Positions 40,497 through 51,977 of a DNA stretch of 54,054 nucleotides are shown one piece after another. This DNA comes from Cyanobacteria bacterium M_surface_7_m2_037 (lineage in GTDB: Bacteria; Cyanobacteriota; Cyanobacteriia; PCC-6307; Cyanobiaceae): positions 1 through 54,054 of the forward strand of contig VGPP01000001.1 of NCBI GenBank assembly GCA_016882585.1, given 5' to 3'. The number at the start of each line of letters is the position of its first letter. The stretch's first letter is position 1. Under the pieces are notes generated by a model. It had not been told where the DNA came from and made no database searches. It saw only the letters and a list, made by a program, of their open reading frames with translations. The position numbers and the translations under genes are program-made.

Positions 40497-41132
40497 ATGG
40501 CGCTCCAACTGGGCGACACCGTCCCCGATTTCACCCAGAACTCCCAGCTGGGTCCGATCAACCTCTACGACTTCGCCGGCGACAGCTGGGTGGTGCTCTT
40601 CTCCCACCCCGCCGACTACACCCCCGTGTGCACCACCGAGCTGGGTGAGGTGTCGCGCCTGCGCCCCGAGTGGGAGAAGCGCAACGTGAAAACGATCGCC
40701 CTGAGCGTGGACTCCGCTGAGAGCCATGGCGGCTGGATCTGCGACATCAACGAAACGCAGAACACCACCGTTGACTACCCGATCCTCGCCGATGAGGACA
40801 AGAAGGTGAGCGATCTCTACGGGATGATCCACCCGAACTCGCTCAACAACCTCACGGTGCGTTCGGTGTTCATCATCGACCCGAACAAAAAGCTGCGCCT
40901 GCAGATCACCTATCCCGCCAGCACCGGCCGCAACTTCAACGAGATCCTGCGGGTGATCGACTCGCTGCAACTCACCGACTACCACCAGGTGGCCACTCCG
41001 GTGAACTGGAAAGACGGCGACGACTGCGTGGTGGTGCCTTCGATCCCCACCGACGAAGCCCGCAACAAGTTCCCCAAGGGCGTGACCGAGATCAAGCCCT
41101 ACCTGCGCATGACCCCGCAGCCCAACAAGTGA
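40497..41132 (+). CDS. 1-Cys peroxiredoxin (Prx6)
   Basis: FSHPADYTPVCTTE, YPASTGRN, ATPVNW. Confidence 0.95.
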   Translation: MALQLGDTVPDFTQNSQLGPINLYDFAGDSWVVLFSHPADYTPVCTTELGEVSRLRPEWEKRNVKTIALSVDSAESHGGWICDINETQNTTVDYPILADEDKKVSDLYGMIHPNSLNNLTVRSVFIIDPNKKLRLQITYPASTGRNFNEILRVIDSLQLTDYHQVATPVNWKDGDDCVVVPSIPTDEARNKFPKGVTEIKPYLRMTPQPNK

Positions 41133-41159
41133 GCCACTGAGGCTCGCCCCAACCCTCAG

Positions 41160-41188
41160 GCCCCCGGAGAATGCCCGGGGGCTTTTTT
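41160..41188 (+). terminator. Rho-independent terminator after the peroxiredoxin gene
   Basis: GCCCCCGG-AGAATGC-CCGGGGGC followed by TTTTTT. Confidence 0.85.
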
Positions 41189-41194
41189 GTGGCC

Positions 41195-42346
41195 ATGCGG
41201 GTGTTGGGTCTGATGAGCGGCACCAGCGCCGATGGCGTGGATGCGGTGCTGGCGGCGTTCAGCGGCCCGCCACGCCGACCCCGCTGGCGGCTGTTGAACC
41301 GCGCGGCAGTGCCCTATCCCAACGACCTACGCAACCACCTGATCGCTGCCGGCCAGGGGAAGCCCATCACCGCGTCCGACGTGCTGGAGCTGGGCGAGGC
41401 GCTCACCGAGATGCAGGCTGAAGCGGCGCGAGCCTGTGACCCCAGCGGCAGCGCCGAGCTCGTGGGCTGCCACGGCCAAACCCTCTGGCACCGGCCGCCG
41501 CAGGGGGATCACCGCGGCAGCAGCTGGCAACTGCTGCAAGGGCCCCTGCTGGCTCAGCTGCTGCAGCGGCCGGTGGTGTTCGACTTCCGCGCCGCCGATC
41601 TGGCGCTCGGGGGCCAGGGGGCACCCCTGGTGCCAGCCGCCGATGCGGCCCTGCTACCGGCCATCGGCGGCTGGCGGGCTCTGCTGAACCTCGGCGGCAT
41701 CGCCAACCTCACCCTGCTGCCACCCGCCTCGGGCCCCGATCGGAGCGCACCGGTTCAGGGGTGGGACTGCGGCCCCGCCAACACCCTGCTGGATCTGGCG
41801 ACAACCCGCTTCAGCGGGGGCAGCGTGGGTTTCGATGCCGGTGGCGCCTGGGCCGCCCAGGGCCACGTGGATGAGGCGCTGGTGCAGCAGTGGCTGCAGG
41901 AGCCTTATCTCCAGCAGGCACCACCCAAATCCACCGGCCGCGAACTGTTTGGCCAGCCGGATCTGGAGCGGCGTCTCAGCGAGCTGGAGGCCAGCGCCGC
42001 GCGCCGCCAGCAACCGCTCATCCCCGCCGATGCGCTGGCCACGCTCACCGCCTTCAGCGCTGCCGCCGTGGCGCAAGACCTTGGCCGCTGCCCCGCGGTG
42101 GTGGAGCTGCTGGTGGCCGGCGGCGGAGCCCGCAACACCACCCTGATGCGCGAACTGCGGCGCCGCTGCCGCGGCCTGCAACTCCGCCCCCTGGCGGAGT
42201 TGGGCATCGGCGACAGCGATCGCGAAGCCCTGGCCTTTGCCTTGCTCGCCTGGTGGCATCAGCAGGGGGTGAGCGGCTCTTTGCCCTCGGTCACAGGGGC
42301 GATGCGACCGGCGGTGCTGGGTGTCTGCGCCCAACCAACCCGATGA
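41195..42346 (+). CDS. anmK: Anhydro-N-acetylmuramic acid kinase
   Basis: GLMSGTSADGVD, HGQT, GGQGAPL, NLGGIAN, DCGPAN, PPKSTGRE. Confidence 0.95.
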   Translation: MRVLGLMSGTSADGVDAVLAAFSGPPRRPRWRLLNRAAVPYPNDLRNHLIAAGQGKPITASDVLELGEALTEMQAEAARACDPSGSAELVGCHGQTLWHRPPQGDHRGSSWQLLQGPLLAQLLQRPVVFDFRAADLALGGQGAPLVPAADAALLPAIGGWRALLNLGGIANLTLLPPASGPDRSAPVQGWDCGPANTLLDLATTRFSGGSVGFDAGGAWAAQGHVDEALVQQWLQEPYLQQAPPKSTGRELFGQPDLERRLSELEASAARRQQPLIPADALATLTAFSAAAVAQDLGRCPAVVELLVAGGGARNTTLMRELRRRCRGLQLRPLAELGIGDSDREALAFALLAWWHQQGVSGSLPSVTGAMRPAVLGVCAQPTR

Positions 42347-42443
42347 AACGCCCGAACCTCGGAGCCTTCAGATCACGATCCACCACGAAGCGCAGGCAGA
42401 AGCAGCGCCCGTTCATAGGGTGAGCCCATCGGCCAGCAAGCCC

Positions 42444-42677
42444 ATGAGCGCCGGCAACGCCCCCGCCCTCTACGAGCGCATCCGCAGCGATCAGCAGCTC
42501 ACCCAGGAGCTGTTTCGCCAGGCCCTGCAGGACCCCTCAGGCGCCCTCACCCGCATCTGCAGCCTCGGCAGCGACTGGGGCCTGCCCGTGAGCCGCGACG
42601 AGGTGAAGGCCCACCTCCAGGCGATCGACGACCCCGAAACCAAGCAATGGCTGCTCAAGGCGCGGGGCGGCCTCTAG
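42444..42677 (+). CDS. Small helical protein (77 aa), weakly Nif11-leader-like
   Basis: MSAGNAPALYERIRSD..GLPVSRDEV..KARGGL; host-like codon usage. Confidence 0.6.
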   Translation: MSAGNAPALYERIRSDQQLTQELFRQALQDPSGALTRICSLGSDWGLPVSRDEVKAHLQAIDDPETKQWLLKARGGL

Positions 42678-42794
42678 AGCGCTGCGGCGCGGGCGCCGAT
42701 CGGCGCCCATCCAGCTGAAGAAGAGCCAGTAGCTCACGATCGCCAGGCCGGCCGCCACCACCAGAGCCGCCACCTGTTCGAGTCGCTTCACCAT
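42537..42794 (-). CDS. Small single-TM hypothetical protein
   Basis: KRLEQVAALVVAAGLAIVSYWLFFSW TM segment; its 3' part overlaps the convergent ORF. Confidence 0.5.
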   Translation of the reverse strand: MVKRLEQVAALVVAAGLAIVSYWLFFSWMGADRRPRRSALEAAPRLEQPLLGFGVVDRLEVGLHLVAAHGQAPVAAEAADAGEGA

Positions 42795-42913
42795 GGCGCC
42801 GGCCTGTGCGGGGACTGAAAACAGTCTGCAGGGCGAGCTGGCGGCCAGGCCGGTCCAGCCGCGGGAGATGATGCAGGCAGGACAGGGCCGCCGGCGCCCC
42901 CACGTGCAACGCC

Positions 42914-44641
<1,728 letters not shown>

Positions 44642-44710
44642 TGCCAGCACCGGAGCCAGCCACCGCTCAAAACAACTTCACACTTCCCTAGGCAAGACGA
44701 CTCATTGTTC

Positions 44711-44739
44711 TTGTCCAAGACGCACGGTGTTCATACGCT
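44711..44739 (+). promoter_or_regulatory. Candidate sigma70 promoter of the small Cys-rich ORF
   Basis: TTGTCC-N17-TACGCT. Confidence 0.45.
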
Positions 44740-44768
44740 GATGACTTCCCCCCTCGAGAGGTCAGGCC

Positions 44769-44954
44769 ATGGGCATCGTTCCGCATCCCTCCCATGTCAC
44801 TGGGGCTGATCTGCTGGCCATGGGGATCGCCACCTCCAGCTCCACCGGATTGGATCCGGTGGAGACTTATTTCGAGTGCATCACCGCCTGCTCCATCGAC
44901 GATGGGGAGTGCGTCACCCAATGCGTGGAGGTGCTGCGCGAGGCCGATCGCTGA
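44769..44954 (+). CDS. Small acidic Cys-rich protein (alternative start 44820)
   Basis: YFECITACSIDDGECVTQC = CX3C-X6-CX3C. Confidence 0.65.
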   Translation: MGIVPHPSHVTGADLLAMGIATSSSTGLDPVETYFECITACSIDDGECVTQCVEVLREADR

Positions 44955-44961
44955 GCGCGTC

Positions 44962-46098
44962 TCAACGCGATCCCATCAGCGTTGAGAGCTCCACCGGCGT
45001 CACCTGCAGCCGCAGGGTTTGGCCCTGCCGCTGCAGCGTGAGCTCCATCGAGCGGCCCACGCCATTGCGCTCCACCAGCTGGGTGAGCTGCGCTGGGTTG
45101 CTCACGGCCTGGCCATCCACGGCCGTGATGCGATCACCGGGCCGCAGCCCCGCCCGTGCCGCCGGCCCTGCGGGCATCACACTGCGCACCACGGCTCCAG
45201 GCACGGGGCTGCCGCTGGCATTGCGCACAGCATCGAGGCCCACGCCGATCATGGCGTGGCTCACGCTGCCCTTGCTCACCAGTTGCTCCGCCACGCTGCG
45301 AGCGCGGTTGATCGGAATCGCAAAGCCCAAACCAGCCCCAGGGCCGGAGCGCACCAGCGTGTTGATCCCCACCACGGCACCATCGGCATCCAAGAGCGGC
45401 CCACCGGAATTGCCAGGGTTGATCGCCGCATCGGTCTGAATCAGTTCCAGGCGCTTATCGGTGATTCCCAGCGCAGCGGCATTGCGGTTGAGGCTGCTCA
45501 CAATGCCGAGGGTCACGCTCTGGTCGAGGCCGAAGGGATTGCCCACGGCAATCACCCACTCACCCACCTGCAGGCTGTCGGAATTACCCAGGGGCGCCAC
45601 GGGCCAGGAGCCTCCGCCCGCCAGACGCACCACCGCCAGATCCGTCACACGATCAGCGCCCACCACCGTACCTTCCACACGGCGGCCATCACTGAGACCC
45701 ACCGTCACCTTCGTGCTGCCCTCCACCACGTGGGCGTTGGTGAGCAGCAGCCCGGTGGAGTCGTAGATGAAGCCGCTGCCCTGGCCCCGTTCTGTGCGCT
45801 GCGACGGCGGGATGGCACCACCCCCCTGCGGCAGGCCAAAGAACTGGCGCAGCATCGGATCCATGAACGGGAAGGGGGCCAGGCTCTGGCGACCTGGCAC
45901 CACCACCGTGCGCTCCGTGTCGATGGTGACCACGGCCGGGCCGGTGCGGCGCACCGCCTCCGCTACAAACGACTGGCGCGAAAGCGCAGCGCTGGCCGCT
46001 GGTGATTGCGCCAGGGCCGACGGGAGCGAGGTGAGCAGCGGGCCAGCCAGGGCCGCAGCTAGGGCCAGGGGCAACACCCGGGAAGGCACAGCAGCCAT
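44962..46098 (-). CDS. HtrA/Deg serine protease with one PDZ domain
   Basis: Signal peptide; TNAHVV, DLAV and GNSGGP catalytic triad; C-terminal PDZ. Confidence 0.94.
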   Translation of the reverse strand: MAAVPSRVLPLALAAALAGPLLTSLPSALAQSPAASAALSRQSFVAEAVRRTGPAVVTIDTERTVVVPGRQSLAPFPFMDPMLRQFFGLPQGGGAIPPSQRTERGQGSGFIYDSTGLLLTNAHVVEGSTKVTVGLSDGRRVEGTVVGADRVTDLAVVRLAGGGSWPVAPLGNSDSLQVGEWVIAVGNPFGLDQSVTLGIVSSLNRNAAALGITDKRLELIQTDAAINPGNSGGPLLDADGAVVGINTLVRSGPGAGLGFAIPINRARSVAEQLVSKGSVSHAMIGVGLDAVRNASGSPVPGAVVRSVMPAGPAARAGLRPGDRITAVDGQAVSNPAQLTQLVERNGVGRSMELTLQRQGQTLRLQVTPVELSTLMGSR

Positions 46099-46271
46099 GA
46101 CAAGCAATCCGGCGGATATCGACCGTACGCAGGTTTTCCGCGGCGGCAAAGGGGCCCGTGCTGGTGGATTCCCCCCCCACCGCGCCTTGCACAACCGCGC
46201 GATGATGGACCAACCGGAATAACCACAGTCCACCGGAACGCCGTCCACCCCTCCCTGCCGGGATCCTCGCC

Positions 46272-46547
46272 ATGAGCTCCGAGCTATTCGCCAAGCTGCT
46301 GCCGCTCGTTTATGCAGCCTGCTTCCTCGGATTGCTGTGGCAGGCCTTCCGGATCATGGGGCGCGGCTTTGCTGCGGTGCCGCGGCCCGGTGATCAAAAC
46401 CGCATCCCCCGCGGCGATCGCACCGGCCGCCTCACCATCCATCCGGAGCTGCTCGATGCGGATGGTCAGCTCACCCGCGACGACCTGCTCACCGTGCGCT
46501 TCGGGGGCGATCAGGAGCAGCCCGCCTCATCGAACGACCCCAGCTGA
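46272..46547 (+). CDS. DUF2973 family protein
   Basis: N-terminal [22 protein letters not shown]. Confidence 0.75.
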   Translation: MSSELFAKLLPLVYAACFLGLLWQAFRIMGRGFAAVPRPGDQNRIPRGDRTGRLTIHPELLDADGQLTRDDLLTVRFGGDQEQPASSNDPS

Positions 46548-46608
46548 GCCCGCACGGGCCCTCCAGCTGGTACAACCGTTGAGTGCTTGTGGACACAGCG
46601 GAGGCTGA

Positions 46609-46992
46609 GTGGAGCAAAGAACCCGGATCGTGGCTGCGGTGCTCAAGGCCATCAAGCTGCCCCCCCGCTTTCAGCTGAAGCTGGTGAAGGAGGATCCCGT
46701 TCGCCTGGAGTTGATCCTCACCCCCGCCTACGGCAAAAACCCCATCCTGGTGGGCCTGGTGGAATCGCAGGATCTGGTGGCCCGCCGCGATCGCGAAGGT
46801 CGTGTGCCCAGGGATCTGCAGGGCACCTGGGACTGGACCGTGCGCCACGGCAAGGTGAACACCGGCGGCTGGAACCCTTATCTGAAGGAAGCGCTGCAGA
46901 CGATGTTTGAAACCGGCCTGCCGGCCATCGTGTACGAAGAAACCACCGGCGAGGTGTATCACCCGGTGGATGGCGCCCGCCACGTGCGCTGA
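46609..46992 (+). CDS. Conserved hypothetical protein
   Basis: Clean ORF with host-like codons; fills the gap between DUF2973 and hrpB. Confidence 0.75.
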   Translation: MEQRTRIVAAVLKAIKLPPRFQLKLVKEDPVRLELILTPAYGKNPILVGLVESQDLVARRDREGRVPRDLQGTWDWTVRHGKVNTGGWNPYLKEALQTMFETGLPAIVYEETTGEVYHPVDGARHVR

Positions 46993-47028
46993 GCCCAGGC
47001 GCTGAGCACGCTCTCCGCACACCACCCC

Positions 47029-49527
47029 GTGCCCCTGCCGATCGAGCCGCTGCTGCCTGAGCTGGTGCAGCGCCTCCCCGCCGGGGGCACCGTGCTGCTG
47101 CAGGCTCCGCCCGGCGCGGGCAAAACCACTCGGGTTCCGCTCGCCCTGCTGAACGCCTGCCGCGGCCGGATCCTGATGCTCGAACCCCGGCGGCTGGCCG
47201 CGAAAGCTGCCGCCGAGCGGCTGGCCGCTGAATTGGGTGAACGCGTGGGCGAGCAGGTGGGCTACCGGGTGCGCCTGGAGAGCCGCATCTCCGCTGCCAC
47301 GCGCATCGAGGTGCTGACCGACGGCCTGTTCCTGCGGCAGCTGCAGTCGGACCCAGGCCTCGATGGCGTGGATTGCGTGATCTTCGATGAATTTCACGAG
47401 CGCCGCTGCGAGGCCGATCTCGCTCTCGCCCTGCTGCGCGAGGCCCGCGAGCTGCTGATGCCTGAGCTGCGGCTGCTGGTGATGTCGGCCACGCTCAACC
47501 TGCAGCCCCTGGTGGAGCAACTGCCGGAGGCCGCCCTGCTCACCAGCGAGGGTCGCAGTCATCCCGTGAGCGTGAGCCATCAGCCGCCGCGGGAGCGCGA
47601 AACACTCCCGCAGCAGGTGCTGCGGGCACTGGAGAGCCACTGGCTCGATCAGCGGGGGGCGGGCGAAACCGTGCTGGTGTTCCTGCCGGGGCAGCGGGAG
47701 CTGCGCGCCTGCCACGACGCCATCGCCGCCATGGGCTGGGGGCAGGAGCTCGAGCTGTGCCTGCTGCACGGCAATCTGCCCCTCGCCGAACAGAGCCAGG
47801 CAATCCGCCCGGCCAACACACCTGCGGGGAAGGTGGTGCTGGCTACGGCGATTGCCGAGAGCTCGCTCACGATCGAAGGCGTGAGCCTGGTGATCGACAG
47901 CGGGCTCAGCCGCCGCAGCCGCTTCGATCCAGTGAGCGGCATGGAGAGCCTGGTGACCGTGCCGGCCAGCCTCGCCAGCGCTGAGCAGCGTGCCGGCCGC
48001 GCCGGCCGCCTCGGCCCGGGCCGCGCCCTGCGCCTGTGGAGCCCGGCCGAGCAGCAACGCCGGCCCGGCTTCGATCCACCCGCGGTGATGGAGGCCGATC
48101 CCGCCCCGCTGGTGCTGCAGCTGGCCGAATGGGGGGCAGGCCTGGGCGAAACCCTCCCTTGGCTCGAGCCGCCGCCGCAGGCCCACCTGCGCGAAGGCCA
48201 AGAGCTGCTGCGCCAGCTGGGAGCCCTGGAGGAGGGAGGCCAGCTCAATGCCCATGGCCGCCGCCTGGCCAGCCTCGGGGTGCATCCACGCCTGGCCCAA
48301 CTGCTGCTGCGCGCCTGTGAGCTGGGGGCCGCAGACCTGGGCTGCGGCATGGCAGCGCTGCTCAGCGAACGCGATCCTCTCTCCCAACTGGAGGCCGGCT
48401 GCGACCTGATGCGACGGATCGATTGGCTGCGGAGCCCCGGCCGCGACCGGCGGCGCCAGCAGCTGCGCCAACTGCAACAGCAGCTGCTGCGCCAACTCCC
48501 GAACCATCCCCAGGGCACAGCGCCAGCAGACCACGAAGCCGCCATCGCCGCTGAACTGCTGGCCCATGCCTATCCCGAGCGGGTGGCCCTAGAGCGCACG
48601 CCCGGTTCAGGCCGCTACCTCACCCGCGGCGGCCGTGGTGCGCTCCTCCACCCCAGCGATCCCCTGGTGGGCAGTCCAGCCCTGGCGATTGCGGCAGCCG
48701 ACGGAGGCAGCAGCGATGCCCGCATCCAGCTGGCCCTGCCGCTGGCCCCGAGCAGCCTCACCGCCCTGGCCTTGGCCGCCGGCGAAGAGCTGGCCCAGGT
48801 GAGCTGGGATAGCCAGCAGGAACGCATCCGGGCGGAGCGGGAGCTGCGCCTGGGAGCCCTGGTGCTGGAGCGGCGCCCCTGGCCCGATGCCCCCGCCGAC
48901 GTGCTGCGCACCGCTCTGCTCACCGGCCTGGGTGAGCTGGGAATCGAAGCCCTCCCCTGGGATGGCAGCAGCCGTCAACTCCAGCAACGCCTCAGCCTGG
49001 CCCACCGGGAGCTGGGGGGCCCGTGGCCCAACCGCAGCATCACGGCGCTGGCCGCCGACCCGGAGAGCTGGCTGGGCGATCAACTCGATGGCCTGCGCAG
49101 CCGCGCTGATCTGCAGGGGCTCAATCTGGAGGAAGCGCTGTGGCAGGGGCTGCCCTGGGAAGCGCGGCGTGAGTTGGAAACGCTCCTGCCTGAGGCGCTG
49201 CCCATTCCCTCAGGTCGCCTGGCCAGGCTCGATTACAGCAGCGGTGAGCCGGTGCTGGCGGTGAAGCTGCAGGAACTATTCGGTGCCGCAAGCACCCCCA
49301 CCGTGCTGGGCGGCCGGCTGGCCGTCACGGTGCAGCTGCTCTCGCCCGCCGGCCGGCCGGCCGCCATCACCCAAGATCTGGCGGGCTTCTGGAGTGGCGC
49401 TTACCAGGAGGTGCGCAAGGAGCTGCGGGGGCGCTACCCCCGCCATCCCTGGCCGGAAGATCCCGCCAACACGCCAGCCACCGCACTCACCAATCGAGCG
49501 CTGCAGCGCCGTCAGTCCCAGAGGTGA
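47029..49527 (+). CDS. hrpB: ATP-dependent helicase HrpB
   Basis: PGAGKT, DEFHER, SAT, QRAGRAGR and C-terminal ELRGRYPRHPWPEDP. Confidence 0.95.
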   Translation: MPLPIEPLLPELVQRLPAGGTVLLQAPPGAGKTTRVPLALLNACRGRILMLEPRRLAAKAAAERLAAELGERVGEQVGYRVRLESRISAATRIEVLTDGLFLRQLQSDPGLDGVDCVIFDEFHERRCEADLALALLREARELLMPELRLLVMSATLNLQPLVEQLPEAALLTSEGRSHPVSVSHQPPRERETLPQQVLRALESHWLDQRGAGETVLVFLPGQRELRACHDAIAAMGWGQELELCLLHGNLPLAEQSQAIRPANTPAGKVVLATAIAESSLTIEGVSLVIDSGLSRRSRFDPVSGMESLVTVPASLASAEQRAGRAGRLGPGRALRLWSPAEQQRRPGFDPPAVMEADPAPLVLQLAEWGAGLGETLPWLEPPPQAHLREGQELLRQLGALEEGGQLNAHGRRLASLGVHPRLAQLLLRACELGAADLGCGMAALLSERDPLSQLEAGCDLMRRIDWLRSPGRDRRRQQLRQLQQQLLRQLPNHPQGTAPADHEAAIAAELLAHAYPERVALERTPGSGRYLTRGGRGALLHPSDPLVGSPALAIAAADGGSSDARIQLALPLAPSSLTALALAAGEELAQVSWDSQQERIRAERELRLGALVLERRPWPDAPADVLRTALLTGLGELGIEALPWDGSSRQLQQRLSLAHRELGGPWPNRSITALAADPESWLGDQLDGLRSRADLQGLNLEEALWQGLPWEARRELETLLPEALPIPSGRLARLDYSSGEPVLAVKLQELFGAASTPTVLGGRLAVTVQLLSPAGRPAAITQDLAGFWSGAYQEVRKELRGRYPRHPWPEDPANTPATALTNRALQRRQSQR

Positions 49528-50309
49528 TCGAAGCCGAAATGGCGCAACCCTTCGGCGATGCCGGCGCAGCCCTCCTCTGAGGCCAGATACACCGACGACA
49601 ACCGTGGCAGATGCTCGAGCAAGGCTGCTTCAGCATTGGCCACCATCACGCCCTTCAGCCCGGTTTCAAACATCGCCAGATCATTGAGCGTGTCGCCGGC
49701 TGTCACCACCCGATCGCGGTCCACGTCCAACCACTCCAACAGGGCCAACAGGGTGGAGCCTTTGTTCACACCGCTGGGCAGCAGATCGAGATAACGGTTG
49801 TCGGAGAGGAGACAATCCACGCCATGGGCCTCCAGCTCAGGAATCAGGCTGTGGTCGAACTGCTCAGGATCCACGTAATAGGCCAGGCGCCGCTCGGAAT
49901 GCAGCGGCTGTGGCGCCAGGCCGGGCTGCCCCTCCAGCATCGGTAGAAGCCGCTGCTCCAGCCCCTGCCACCGCGCCTCGATCGGCTCCACAGCCAGAGG
50001 AACCGGCAACAGCGATTGGCCGCAGGCCACCGTGCAGCCCACATCTCCGATCACCAGGTGCGGGGCCGCCAGGCCAATGGGCTCGTCGTCCTCCAGCACG
50101 CGGGCAATCGAAGCCAGATCACGCCCCGTGCAGAACACATGCAGTACGCGCTCACGCTGCTGCGCGAGCCATTGGTAGAAGCGCCGGCGCTCTGCGGTCG
50201 CGCCACCCAGCAGCGTGCCGTCGAGGTCGGTCACCAGCACGAGCTCCGGGGCCTCAGGCAGAGGGGCTGAGAGCTGGCTTTGCAACAACTGACGCGACAC
50301 CAAAAACAT
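49512..50309 (-). CDS. HAD-IIB hydrolase, sucrose-phosphatase-like (start uncertain, 50309 or 50300)
   Basis: TDLDGTL, TGR, GDVG, DLLP..VNKG, GDTLND. Confidence 0.85.
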   Translation of the reverse strand: MFLVSRQLLQSQLSAPLPEAPELVLVTDLDGTLLGGATAERRRFYQWLAQQRERVLHVFCTGRDLASIARVLEDDEPIGLAAPHLVIGDVGCTVACGQSLLPVPLAVEPIEARWQGLEQRLLPMLEGQPGLAPQPLHSERRLAYYVDPEQFDHSLIPELEAHGVDCLLSDNRYLDLLPSGVNKGSTLLALLEWLDVDRDRVVTAGDTLNDLAMFETGLKGVMVANAEAALLEHLPRLSSVYLASEEGCAGIAEGLRHFGFDHLWD

Positions 50310-50328
50310 CCAACAAGTGGCGGCAACC

Positions 50329-50372
50329 GTATCGCCGAACACCGTCAAGCAGCCCACATGTTTCGTTACAGT
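50329..50372 (+). promoter_or_regulatory. Candidate NtcA-type promoter of hli
   Basis: GTA-TCGCCGAA-CAC (one mismatch to GTA-N8-TAC), 24 nt upstream of TACAGT (-10). Confidence 0.4.
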
Positions 50373-50393
50373 CCAACTGTTCGCGGCAATCCG

Positions 50394-50546
50394 ATGCCTG
50401 ATTCCACCTCCACATCTGCACGCTTCGGTTTTGTGAATTTCGCTGAAACCTGGAATGGCCGCCTGGCCATGCTGGGGTTCACCATCGGTCTCGCCACCGA
50501 GCTGCTCACCGGCCAGGGGATCCTCGGCCAGATCGGCCTCGGCTGA
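50394..50546 (+). CDS. hli: High-light-inducible protein (50 aa)
   Basis: FGF..AETWNGRLAMLGF..E..TGQG chlorophyll-binding motif. Confidence 0.95.
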   Translation: MPDSTSTSARFGFVNFAETWNGRLAMLGFTIGLATELLTGQGILGQIGLG

Positions 50547-50575
50547 AGACGGCACACCGGAGCCTCGGCTCGTTT

Positions 50576-50605
50576 GGCGCTCCCTCACGCGAGGGGGCGC
50601 TTTTT
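50576..50605 (+). terminator. Rho-independent terminator after hli
   Basis: GCGCTCCCTC-ACGC-GAGGGGGCGC followed by TTTTT. Confidence 0.8.
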
Positions 50606-50688
50606 GATGGTTCAAACTGAGCCAACAAACAGCACCAGCAGCTCCCCTGGCTCAGCTTTTCGCCAAGAACCGCCGCGATGGCGCCCGC

Positions 50689-50823
50689 ATGCTCAGCAGC
50701 GGCATCGTGATCACCAGCGTGGGGTGGATCCGGATCGATCACCCTGCCGGCCAGATCGTGGCACTGCTCGGCAGCATCGTGTGCCTCTACTGGTGGAGCT
50801 GCTACCGCCGGCTGGAGCGGTGA
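50689..50823 (+). CDS. Small membrane protein (44 aa; may start at CTG 50617)
   Basis: Hand translation MLSSGIVITSVGWIRIDHPAGQIVALLGSIVCLYWWSCYRRLER; GTGA overlap with the xseA start. Confidence 0.6.
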   Translation: MLSSGIVITSVGWIRIDHPAGQIVALLGSIVCLYWWSCYRRLER

Positions 50824-51977
50824 GCACTGAACTGGGTCTGCCGCGCTACAGCGTTGCCACACTGAATCAAGCGATTGCCTCCCTGCTGGAGCGGGGATTC
50901 GCGCCGCGCTTTCTGCTGGAGGCCACCGTGTCGCGGCCGCAGCTGAAGAAGGGCCACCTCTGGCTCACGCTCGTGGATGAGCAGGCCTCGATCTCGGGGG
51001 TGATCTGGGCGTCGCAGCTCAGCAAGCTCAGCTTCCAGCCGAGCGAGGGCGATGGCGTGCTTGTGGTGGGCAAGCTCAACTTCTGGGCCAGCCGCGCCAG
51101 CCTTTGCGTTCAGATCCTGGATGTGAGGCCCAGCCTCAGCGCCGTGCTGCGCCAGTTCGAACGAGTACGTGCGCTCCTGGAGCCGGAGGGGCTCCTCGAT
51201 CCAACGCGAAAGCAGTCCCTGCCTGCCATGCCCGCAGCGATTGCCCTGCTCACCAGCGTTCCCAGCTCAGCTCTGGCCGACATGTTGCGCACCGCGCAGG
51301 AGCGTTGGCCCGCCACCCGCATCCATGTGGTGCCGATTCCCGTGCAGGGTGCCGTTGAGGAGCAGATCCGGGCGCGGCTGGCCGAGGTGGTCGCCCGCGC
51401 CCAGGATTTCGGCATCGAAGCCATCGTGCTGGCTCGCGGGGGCGGCAGCCGTGAAGATCTCGCGGTGTTCGACAGCGAGGCCCTGGCGCGCGATCTGGCC
51501 GCCTGCCCGCTGCCACTGGTGACAGGACTGGGCCATGAAGACGACACCACCATCGCTGACCTGGTGGCCGACTACCGGGCGGCAACACCCACCGCTGCGG
51601 TGGTAGCGCTGCTGCCCGATCGCCACCACCTCCTGCAGGCCCTCCAACAGCAACGCCTGCTGCTGAGGCAGACCCTCATTCACCGGCTCCAACGTGAACG
51701 CCTGCGCCTGGACGCCGATCAAGCACGTCTCGTGCAACTGCATCCCCGTGTGCTCCTGGCGGGCGCACGAACGCAGCTGGAGCAACGCCGCGAACTGCTG
51801 CAAGCCCTCTCTCCCCAGCGCCTACTGGAGCGGGGCTTCGCTTTGGTGCATCAGGGCGATGGCCAGCTGGTGCGCTCCGTGCGGCAAGTGCAGGCCGGCG
51901 ATGCCCTCCAACTGAGGGTGGCAGACGGCAGGATCAGCACGGTTGTGCAGAACACGGATCAGGATCGCCATGGCTGA
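50820..51977 (+). CDS. xseA: Exodeoxyribonuclease VII large subunit
   Basis: YSV..LN, GHLWLTL.D, VQG, RGGGS.EDL, GLGHEDD, TPTAA, LERGF. Confidence 0.95.
   Translation: MSTELGLPRYSVATLNQAIASLLERGFAPRFLLEATVSRPQLKKGHLWLTLVDEQASISGVIWASQLSKLSFQPSEGDGVLVVGKLNFWASRASLCVQILDVRPSLSAVLRQFERVRALLEPEGLLDPTRKQSLPAMPAAIALLTSVPSSALADMLRTAQERWPATRIHVVPIPVQGAVEEQIRARLAEVVARAQDFGIEAIVLARGGGSREDLAVFDSEALARDLAACPLPLVTGLGHEDDTTIADLVADYRAATPTAAVVALLPDRHHLLQALQQQRLLLRQTLIHRLQRERLRLDADQARLVQLHPRVLLAGARTQLEQRRELLQALSPQRLLERGFALVHQGDGQLVRSVRQVQAGDALQLRVADGRISTVVQNTDQDRHG

Noticed and set aside
50310-50615. N-terminal extension of the HAD ORF
   Set aside because: It is antisense to hli and its promoter.
50574-50819. 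N-terminal extension of xseA in the ORF track
   Set aside because: It spans the hli terminator and another ORF; XseA similarity begins at GTG 50820.
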